DNA of 20,000 bases from Welwitschia mirabilis. Taxonomy: Eukaryota. The notes below the pieces were generated by a model that worked only from the letters and a program-made list of their open reading frames with translations, was not told the DNA's origin and made no database searches. This document shows, piece after piece, positions 1-8,879 of this stretch (positions within the stretch are counted from its first letter, which is position 1; the number at the start of each line of letters is the position of its first letter). Both the position numbers and the translations under genes were made by a program. The stretch is from positions 39,334,617 through 39,354,616 of the forward strand of contig JBOZIK010000001.1 of NCBI GenBank assembly GCA_051453625.1, read 5' to 3'.

Positions 1-700
1 CGGTTCAACCATACTTACTTCAAACTCAGAACTCATCAGATTTATAAAATCATTTGATAATCTTTCATTATTGATCTAAAAAAATAATGTCATCCACATA
101 TATTTAAACCAAAATTAAATCATCATTTAATAATTTTCTAAATAAAGTTCTGTCAATGAAGCCTCTAGTAAAAATGCTAAAGCAAAAAAGAGGAAATCTT
201 TTCATACCATGCTCTCAGAGTTTGTTTTAACCCATATAAAGCCTTATTAAGTTTGTATACATAATTTGGTTTATAAGGATTAGCAAAGCATTATGGTCAT
301 TTCACATAAACTTCTTCCTAAATGTGTCCATTTAGAAAGGCACTCTTTACATCCATTTGAAAAACTTTAATTTTCTTGTAGCAAGGAAAAGCTAGAAACA
401 TCTTTATAGACCCTAGTCTAACAATAGAAGCAAATGTGTTATCACAATCTACTCCTTCTATTTGAGAGTATCCTTGAGCTACAAGTCTAGCTTTATTCTT
501 TGTAATCTTATTCTTTTCATTTACTTTATTTCTAAAAATCTATTTGTGCCTATAACATTTTGCCTGATTGGTTTAGGAACAAGAGACCACACCTAATTTT
601 GAGAAAATTATTCAAGTTCTTTTTGCATTGCATTCATCCAATAAAGATCAGATTCAACATCCTCAAAGATTCTTGATTCCACCTGAGATAATAGAGAAAT
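1..700 (-). pseudogene. pol: copia reverse transcriptase domain (partial, degenerate)
   Basis: Manual translation: [65 protein letters not shown], and catalytic YVDD at ~89-100. Confidence 0.95.
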
Positions 701-889
701 ATGAGTACTAAAATTTTTAAGAGATTTCCTAGTGACAATACCTTATTGAATATTTCCAATGATTGAGTCCAAAGAATGATCCTTGAGTTCTTTGATTTCT
801 AGTATTGTTTTATCACTTGAGTCGTCTCTATTATGGTAGAAAGAGGAAGGAACTAAATCTTCATTAGGTTCAAAGGATTTTGAGGTATC

Positions 890-1745
890 AAGAACATCAT
901 AAATTTTCACATTCATAGATTATTCCATATGAAGAGTGAGTTTGTTAAACACTCTATAAGCTCTACTTGATTGAGAGCACCCTAAGAAAATTCCTTCATC
1001 AGATTTAGAGTCAAATTTAGCTAGATCCTCTCTATCTCTCAGAATAAAGCACTTACTTCCAAAGTTTCTTATTTGGGCTCTTCTATTTCCAAAGTTCGTA
1101 AGGAGTTTTAGAAGTTCTAGGTCTTAAATAAACTCTGTTTGAAATATGACTTACTGTGTTCACTACTTTAGCCAAAATATTTTTAGAATTTCTTTGTCAT
1201 TTAACATGACTCTTGTCATATCTAAAAGTGTTCAATTTTTTCTTTCATCTATTCCATTTTGTTGAGGAGTCTTTAGAGCTAATAATTCATGGTCAATTTC
1301 ATTTGAGTTACAATAATATTTGAATCTTTCATTTTCAAACCCTCTACAATGATCACTTCAAATCTTCTTAATTACATATTCCTTTTTAGTTTGGAGTTTC
1401 TTACAAATTCTAATAAAGTTATCATAAGCATTAGATTTAGCATGAAGAAAGGCTGCCAAGAAAATCTAGAAAAATCATTAATCATAACTAAAAAATATCT
1501 TTTTCTAGATAAGCTTGTTGTTTGAATAGGGTCAACTAAATTCAAATGAATTAAATCTAATGACTTGCTAGTAGTAATATCACTAATTCTTTTATGAGAA
1601 TCTCTAGTTTGTTTTCCTTTTTGGCAAGCATTACATAGGCCTTTGTAAGTAATAGAAAGTTTTCAGACACCTCTAACAATATCATCATGACATGTTTTCT
1701 TCAAAATTTCAAAGCTAATGTGACCTAAACATTGATGCTAGATAA
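890..1745 (-). pseudogene. pol: copia GAG-pre-integrase plus integrase core and GKFD-type C-terminal region (degenerate)
   Basis: I*HQCLGHIS, CNACQKGKQTR, LDLIHLNLVDP, MINDFSRFSW, KI*SDHCRGFEN, TPQQNG..ERKN*TL, LAKFDSKSDEGIFLG..SRAYRVFNK. Confidence 0.93.
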
Positions 1746-2063
1746 CGTCTTCTTAAACATGAGAAGAGAGATAAATAGAATTGCTTAACTGATTTACACA
1801 ATAAACATTTTCATATCTAGTTGCTACAAGTAATAGCTGATTCGTTTTACCATGTTTTACTGTACACTTGTTTTCATCAAACGATATTTTATGACCTTCA
1901 AATTTGACTAATGTTTAACAGATTATGCTTTAAGCCATTTATAAATAATGCATTATGAATATTAGGTAAATTACCTCCACCAATTGCTTCCAATTACTTC
2001 AATTCAAGCTCTTCCATTATCGTCAAGTGTTACTTCTTCTTTATCATATTTCTTGAATTTGAT

Positions 2064-2117
2064 GAAGTTGGACTTATCACCTATTATATATTTAGAGAAA
2101 CCACTATCAAGATACTA
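2064..2117 (-). pseudogene. pol: copia aspartic protease active-site motif (degenerate)
   Basis: *YLDSGFSKYIIGDKSNF matches the consensus WYLDSGCSRHMTGDK, with TGG changed to TAG. Confidence 0.88.
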
Positions 2118-2286
2118 GTACGAATGATTAGTTACTTTTAAAAAGCCATTTGAATTAATAGGCTTTTGTCTGAGAATTTTGGAATTCACCTCATGCATTT
2201 GTTTTTGTTTGAATTTTAATTAGACTTTGGAGAGAAGATAAACTTAGAACCTAGCATGGATGATAAAACCAAGTTTTGCACAACAT

Positions 2287-2328
2287 ATAATCAATCCTCA
2301 AGTAACTCTTTTTATTGCAATAATGGTA
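2287..2328 (-). other. Second gag zinc knuckle (CX2CX4HX4C, mutated)
   Basis: Reads YHYCNKKSYLRIDY. Four single transitions restore CHYCNKKGHLRIDC. Confidence 0.7.
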
Positions 2329-2778
2329 GGTAATGTTTTCCAAAGAGTATTTGAAATTTACTTTAGATAAGAGATAAGAAACATGATAAGTATTAAAAAA
2401 ACTAAAAGAATGTTTACTAGATAAAGTCCCTTTAAACAGTGATGAATTTGAGTCAAGTTTGTTTTTTAAATCTCTAATTTTCCTTTCTCTAGACTCTAGC
2501 TTATCTAATAGATTTTTGTTTTTTCCTTAAGATTGTTTACTCTAAGAGCCAGATTTTGACATTCCATATAGAGTTCCACTTCTATTTCACTGAGCGAATC
2601 ATTACTATCAAAAGAATTAATGGTGAGTGAGGATCATATCTTTTCATCTATAAAAGCCATAAGAGAAATTCCACCTCACTCTAAATTTGAGTTCTATTCG
2701 CTCTCACTTTCTTTGTCATTCCATGTTACTGACAGGACTTTCTTCCCTTTTCTTTTATCATTTTTTTTTATTGTTTGG

Positions 2779-2820
2779 GCAAACATTTAACGTGTGACTA
2801 AAATCTTTATAAAAGTAGCA
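2779..2820 (-). other. First gag zinc knuckle (CX2CX4HX4C, mutated)
   Basis: Reads CYFYKDFSHTLNVC after DIQ. G->A changes explain the C->Y and G->D/S substitutions. Confidence 0.8.
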
Positions 2821-3715
2821 TTGGATATCTCGTCGTCCCTTCTATTTTCTTTTTAGCAGTCTCCTAGATTGATCTCCATTTTGCCTTTGCTACATGAAGC
2901 ACCTGAATCTTCTGGCTAAAAGAGCCACTTCATCTTTACTTTCTAGTTCTTGATCAGATCCTTCCTTGATATCATGGTTCTCATGAGTAGCTGTCAATGC
3001 TATACTTTTATTCTTCTGCTTTCCCAATTTTAGTTCAAATATGTGAAGTTTTCCTTAGAGCTCATCCATCTTCATGATATTCAGGTCCTTTCTTTCTTTG
3101 ATGGTCATTGCTTTGGACTTAAATCTCTTAGGCATGGATCTTAATGCTTTGCGTATTACTCTTGACTCCTCAATAATTTCACCTAGGCCACATATAGAAT
3201 TAACAATATCTATTAGTTTTATGAAAAAATCATTTATACCTTTATCTTCTTCCATCTTGAGATCTTTAAACTGAGTGATGAGCATCTGAAGCTTAGCCTA
3301 CTTCACTAGGCTAGTTCCTTCATGAGTGGTCTGCAAGATATTCCATGCTTCTTTTACCATGGTGCAATTTAATACTTGTTTGAGATCTTCTAGATTTATG
3401 GCATAGAAGATGGCATTCAGTCCTTTGAAATTGCAAGATGCTACTGATTAATCTTCAGGTGTCCACTTCTCTTTGCTCTTTAGAGTAGTTATCTTGGTTA
3501 TAGGATCCTGCACAATAGGAAGATAATAGCCTTAGTGATAGATTACTATATTTTAATGTTAATGATTGAACAAAAACCCTTATTTTTGCCTTTCAATAAC
3601 CATACTTGGTTCCATCAAAGAAGGGAGGCCTTATGACAGAATTTCCTTTTGAGGGCTGACTCATTTTCTAGGGTTGATTGGAGCAGAGATCTATTAGGAT
3701 CTATTTCTTAACCTT

Positions 3716-3727
3716 GCTCTGATACTA
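3716..3727 (-). promoter_or_regulatory. Primer binding site for tRNA-iMet
   Basis: Minus strand reads ...CA-AT-TAGTATCAGAGC, which is canonical TGGTATCAGAGC with one G->A. It lies 2 nt from the LTR-terminal CA and ~50 bp upstream of the gag ATG. Confidence 0.88.
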
Positions 3728-3729
3728 AT

Positions 3730-4844
3730 TGGAAAATATGGATTGATCCTGGGAGGGTGAATAGGTCATAAGAAAAATATTCATCCACTTCAAATACCTG
3801 TAAATAAAAGTCAAACACACCACTAAAAATCATAGAATATTTTAATGGTAAATAGACATCACCCTTCAGCTCTCAAACCACTTGTCTCTAGCTAGTATAG
3901 ATTAACTTTAAAGGTTGGTTTTTAGACTTACCATAAACCTATACACTTACCAGAGGATTTTGGAGCTGATTCATAACCATGAAGGAAAGTATATAAGCAA
4001 AGTGCATAAATGCATAGTTATGCTCCTTATAGGAACAAGAGCTACAACAAGCCCTTAGAAGTAATGGTACAAAAGAAGCTCCTAAAAGTAATCTAAACTC
4101 ATGGTCATTCAAGTACAGAATGATTGATGTAATAGTTCAATGTCAAAAGAAGTGACCTTCGTTTAGAAGGGAAGGTAATTAAATAGAGTAGCCACAAAAG
4201 TTAGCCATTTGAAGATAAGAAGCAGACCATTGTAATGGATTCTACACTTTTTGATAAACTACGAAAGTATAACAGTTATGTTTGTAATACATTGGATCAA
4301 CCTCAAAATACGCACAGTCGCCTTAGTATTCGGTTGGCCTTTTTCATTTCATTCGATCACTCTTTCTTGATTTATATTTATTAGTTTATTAAATAGAAAC
4401 ATTTGGTTGCCCTTTAATAATTCATTTGATTGCCCTTTCTTAATGTAGATTTGTCAGTTTTTTGTATAGGAACATTTATTGTTGACCTTATTTAGGCTAT
4501 CAAAACTTAAGATTTCAGTCGACCTACTTACGATTATTTCTGGGCAGTATGCGTTTCCCTTAACTAAACACTCGATCACCCTTACTGTCAGTAGATTGAA
4601 ATTTCCAGATTATAGTTTCGACACCCTTTAGCATAAGATTGGTCACCTGCTTTTGTCTTAGTTTGCAATATATTTGAAAGTCAGTCGTCCTTTGCAACAT
4701 GCATGATCACCCATGCATGTTACCGGTCTTCATCTGATTAACAGTTCAGTCACCCTATCTTAGAAGCTCAGTCGCTCTATATTGAAGCAATTTTATCTTA
4801 CTAACAGTCCGGTCACCTTATTAATTTCATACGGTCGCCCGCTA
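3730..4844 (-). repeat. 5' LTR of the SIRE-like element (outer boundary unresolved)
   Basis: Ends in CA next to the PBS. C-rich motif at 3751-3765, TATA-like CTCTATTTAATTAC at ~4175-4188, AATGGCTAAC (AACGGCTA-like) at ~4200-4210, and many degenerate CGGTCGACC-like motifs at ~4315-4841. The partner LTR is not in the window. Confidence 0.75.
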
Positions 4845-4974
4845 NNNNNNNNNNGTTTAGTATATGTTTTTGTAATAGGTCAATCGTTTGGATTTATATA
4901 GTGATTGCCCAGTGCTAGAAATCTCTGCACAATAACTAACTCCACAAAAAATTGTTAATTTGATCAATGATAAT

Positions 4975-5255
4975 AAGTTCTTAACAACTTTGAAATAAAA
5001 TATTAGTGTCTTATAATAATCATCTAACCTTGTCATCAATTTGGAATAGAACACTAGTACCCCATTGTAGGACTCTCTAATCACTCTGAAATAAGATAAT
5101 AGCATCCTATACTGATTACAGGACCTTTTATCATTGTGGAATAAAACATTGACAACCTATACAAAAATGCAAGACCTTTTAATCACTATAGAATAAATAT
5201 TGACATCGATACTAGTTACAAGACTATCTTAATATCTTAAAATCAGAATAAACTT
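4975..5255. repeat. Degenerate ~50-bp tandem repeat, about 5-6 units
   Basis: Anchor (g/a)aata(a/g)-a-att recurs at ~4991, 5042, 5087, 5137, 5189 and 5244. The clearest units share (a/g)gacc/tttt-atcac/t...gaataaa..attgaca..(c/g)atac..(tt)aca. Confidence 0.6.
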
Positions 5256-5294
5256 GTGCTTGTTAAATGAAAAGATATAAAAAGAAATTAAATG

Positions 5295-6242
5295 CTCATC
5301 CCTAATTTTGAATCTACAATTTCTAATTAAATGACATTTGCAAATGGTAATAATGGCAGGTTCTAGCTTTTTTACCTTGTTGGTTTCCTCTTTCTTGGCC
5401 AATCACCTCTTTCCTTACCTCTATAAGGATATAATTTATTTTGAACATTAGAGTTATTACCTTGATTTTGATGTTGTTGTTCTTACATCCTTCCTCTTCC
5501 AACACTTCTCCCTCTTCCTTAGGGGGCTTCTTGACTAGTGGATGTAGTATCCTCAGTTTTACATGTTGTAGCTTGCAAATCTTCATCATTTTTTGAACAC
5601 AACTCAAATTGCACTAAATGTCCTATTAATTCATCTAATGTCAAGGTATTTAAATCCAAAAAAATTTGCAAAGCAAATAACATTTGCTTGAAAGGCTTGG
5701 TTAGGAATCTAAGAATCTTTAATGCAAAATCATTATCACTTATGGCATAGAATAACATACTCATTTCCTTAACTAGACCCCTTATCTTTTGGATGAAATC
5801 CTCAACATTATCTTTTTCCTTATCTTTGAAGTCTCATACTTTGTCCTAAAATTTTGCAGCTATATCTTCTTCACATTTTGACAGCCTTGATAAACAACAT
5901 CCAAACCTTTCTTTATTTAAAGGCACTTGTATAATTAGCAATTCTCTTTACCTATTCATTGTCTGTACCAGTGAATACAACACTTACAACTTGACTTTCT
6001 TGCAAACAGAGTTTTTCAAATGCTTTTCTTTCTTCTTCTATATTAGTAGGCATTAAATCTGTATCTCTTTGTGTGTAATGCTATAATTCTTATCCCTTCA
6101 AATATTGTTCATAATTAGCAACATCAAAAGTAAGAATCATATCCTTTTTCATCTTAACAACAAAAACCTCTTTCCCTTTAATCTAAGGTTGATTTGATGT
6201 TGAAGGTCTGTTGTTTTTCTCTTTGCTACCAATCTTTGTCAT
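5295..6242 (-). pseudogene. gag: gag-only remnant of a second Ty1/copia element (Ivana/Oryco-like, lineage tentative)
   Basis: YQGCQNVKKI*LQNFRTKYE..KEKDNVEDFIQKIRGLVKEM..ALKILRFLTKPF..DLNTLTLDELIGHLVQFE (ORF 5519-5764), then an RG-rich GRGRSVGRGR segment and a frameshifted zinc knuckle CHYYHLQ/HLIRNCRF at ~5310-5360. Confidence 0.85.
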
Positions 6243-6619
6243 AAGCCTTGATCTATAGGCTACAGTTTAACCTAAATGTGTAGTTAGACCCAAATAGCAC
6301 CATAGGATTTGTTTGCTCTTGTTTAATAAGCAAAAGGGGGAAAAGCATTTTTAATGTTCAACCTTAACCTATAAGATGCAAATAAGCCCTTCCTTACACA
6401 AATGGTGATATATGAAAGTGATAATCATTAAAATATTGAACTCTTCATAGACATTTTGAGAATTATAAACTAAAAGTAACACATGAAATCCCTATTGTAA
6501 ACTAGTGAGAGAGATCAACATTTTCTTGCTTTGATCAGAGACAATATCAAATGTAATTTTTTTTAAAATAAGGATTAATGAATAGTGTCCTATCAACAAT
6601 AATGTAACAAGTGACACAG

Positions 6620-7970
6620 TCAAGATAATTTGGTACCAAGGCCTGCTGTAAATTCAAGGGACTTCATACTACCCTTAGCACTATCTGAATCAATAATTTG
6701 GTTACCTAATAATATTCGACACATCTATATACAATATTCAATACCCAAAAGTACTTTTTGTCAAAAAATACTGAAAGAGATTTGATCTCAGTATTAAACC
6801 AATAAATGCGAATGGTCTATAACTACAATGTCAAACTGCAACTGTTATACATTCGTTTCTTAAAATGAATGTAATAAATCTTCTTCTGAGCAAAAACAGT
6901 CTGATAGAATAATCTTTTTCAAAAATTTTGATGCAAGAATGATAGAAACGTAACTATTCAGAGAGAAGCTAAACATAAGAATTATACATCTACAGGTGAA
7001 CTGGCATCGCTGGCGTTAAGGATCCTTCAAAAATCTCCCATGGAAACTACCCTTCAAATAGAATCGAATTTGCCTTCAGTCATTATAAGTGCTTTCAGTC
7101 TTCCTCCTCCTGTGTTCAAAAACATAGATCTGGTTCTAACAGATATGCTGCATCTTTTAAAAATCTAAATTTGGTTCTCTCAGTGTTTGATTTGTGCCAG
7201 GTAGTGGTACTTCTTCGTCTCTCTGTTCTTCACACAAACTGCCCCCTTTTACATGTTGAGTTCTCTTTTAACAATATTTTCATGAAAACCTGCCGCTTCC
7301 TTTTATATGGACACATTTTCAAGAATGAAATGGATAGATAGAAGCAATCAACGCTTCAATAGGGATTCAAAAGGGAGGATAAAACGTTTGCAGAAAAAGA
7401 TACAAATAATGACTAAGAATGAAGAACAGCAAATGACTGAATTCAGAAGGATGTGCTTCAGCGTTGCAGCAAAGACCATGACAATCACTGGTGAGAAAAA
7501 CGACGAAGGGTATGGTTTTTGACGAGGAATATGTTTCACAACCATCAAACCGCCAGCCCGACTCCACGTTAGATCAAGAGTGGACGATAGCATAATGCCA
7601 CCTTGTCATTTCAAGAGAGTTTATTCCAGCAATGAGAAAAATGATGACTCATATGGCGTGCAAAATATTTGTTGTTGGCCATTCTGGAAATCTTATTCAA
7701 AACGTTTGACCTGAGACTAACTAGTTTAATGGGTTACTTAGTTACTGCGAATGCTGTTAACATGTTTTTGATGTCTTAACAAAACAGCTGGGTTTCTTGT
7801 CATCGCTGGAGATGATGCTATTGCATGGTGTGCGAAAATTACAAACACTTACTGAAACGTTAAACAACTTTTGAAGGTTTTCACAAAGGTGGCTGATCAG
7901 AGATGTTTCAGTTTGCAGAGTAACTACTGACAATGTTCCTGCCTCCATGAATAACTGGTTCAAAGCCTAA
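6620..7970 (+). pseudogene. Tentative, heavily decayed NLR-type (NB-ARC/LRR) resistance-gene remnant
   Basis: Across stops and frameshifts: LPLAL (6669-6683, GLPL-like); IET*LFREKLNIRIIHL..NWHRWR*GSFKNLP (NB-LRR linker-like, ~6940-7040); SFKNLNLVLSVFDL; LNSEGCASALQQRP; LEILFKTFDLRLTSL; LSYCE; VLTKQLGFLSSLEMMLLHGVRKLQTLTETLNNF (24-aa spacing); VPASMNN. Pattern recognition only. Confidence 0.45.
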
Positions 7971-8879
7971 TATCGTGATCTAGCAAACCATCCTTTTAAC
8001 ACAACTGCTTGATTAGTTTAAAAGCCGTTCTTTAACTCATAATAAGAGAGAAGGCTTCACTGGTAAATCATTGGAGTGCCATAGCATATTAATTCCAATG
8101 CTTTTCTACCAAAGAATTGTTCTTTGAATGTATAGGAGTTATGGAATTATTCTGACATGAAGAGTATAACTGAAAGTACGAAACGAAAAATCAACACAAC
8201 ATTGCTGGCAATTTCAATTATGCCTTACGCATTAAAAATAACAAAGATTCGAGGCCCCACAAAATTTTGCATGCTTTGAGAACAGGGTAACCACCTTTTG
8301 CATGTCTATCTTTATCATTAAGGATGCTTCATCATATTTTAATGTAACTATTTGAAATATTAATACAATAATAAATGGCCTTTAACAGGGCAATGGGTGC
8401 ATGAATTAAAGCATGGACTTTTGTGTAATATAGATATAGACCTTCCAATAAAGCATTATTTTTCCATTCTAGTAGAATAATGCAATAATAACATATTGAT
8501 TGCCAAGTTTGCAAGGTGAACCAACCAAGTTCATTTTGACCACAAATGAAAGAGTGAATTTGGGCTCACTTTGAATTGTTTGCCAAGCTTATCGGAACAG
8601 AGCTACCTAGCACTATTGCTAGTTTTCACTAGATGGGGTTTCCAAAAAATGAAAAAGAAAAAACTTGCTCTTTCAGGTTTTCGAGGAAAAAAACAATGGG
8701 ATGCATAGTCCTGATTACATATGAGTGAGTTGAATCACTCAACTCAATAACTACATTTGCATAGGTGGGTTAAGCCACCAAATGCAACTTGTCGAACTAA
8801 GACTATGACCAACAATGGCATGCAACCTATCGAAGTAGAGCTTTTAGTTTTGACATTCATTGAAGACATAAACCAGATA

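Larger units (their letters stand above)
1..3664 (-). pseudogene. gag-pol: copia gag-pol polyprotein pseudogene (many stops and frameshifts)
   Basis: Starts at ATG 3664 with MSQPSKGNSVIRPPFFDGTKYGY*KAK. ORF 3055-3285 reads KALRSMPKRFKSK..IKERKDL..MKMDEL (UBN2-like gag). PR, INT and RT motifs follow downstream. Confidence 0.92.
1..4844 (-). mobile_element. Degenerate Ty1/copia LTR retrotransposon, SIRE/Sirevirus-like: 5' LTR, PBS and gag-pol. Continues past the left edge; LTR outer end uncertain (at or beyond the gap at 4845-4854)
   Basis: Minus-strand domain order LTR-PBS-gag-PR-INT-RT is the copia order. SIRE-like traits: C-rich CCTATTCACCCTCCC motif near the LTR 3' end, repeated CGGTCG(A/C)CC-like motifs in the LTR, extended gag with two zinc knuckles. 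Confidence 0.92.

Noticed and set aside
3074-3274. Plus-strand 66-aa ORF (likewise 5538-5750)
   Set aside because: Antisense shadows of the copia gag frames, with no independent coding evidence.
4857-5105. 82-aa minus-strand ORF, and a possible LTR start TGTTCT at 5053
   Set aside because: The ORF overlaps the degenerate minisatellite. The TG falls inside a repeat unit and cannot be verified without the partner LTR or a TSD.
4310-5255. CRISPR-like reading of the spaced short motifs and 50-bp units
   Set aside because: The repeats are short and degenerate, the context is a eukaryotic TE, and there are no cas genes.
6528-6556. Possible PBS/LTR end of the second copia (gctttgat...atcaaatgtaa)
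   Set aside because: Needs two substitutions plus a 10-bp insertion, which is too speculative.
7307-7593. Three overlapping short ORFs (7307-7522 +, 7348-7593 -, 7367-7567 -), plus 7757-7963 - and 8332-8514 -
   Set aside because: No recognisable motifs. The LRR-like signal lies in other, interrupted plus-strand frames.
7851-7912. Imperfect hairpin (actgaaacgt / atgtttcagt) as a pre-miRNA
   Set aside because: The stem is short and interrupted, and it matches no conserved plant miRNA I recognise.
8722-8746. Small inverted repeat tgagttga..tcaactca as a MITE terminus
   Set aside because: No partner TIR or TSD was found.
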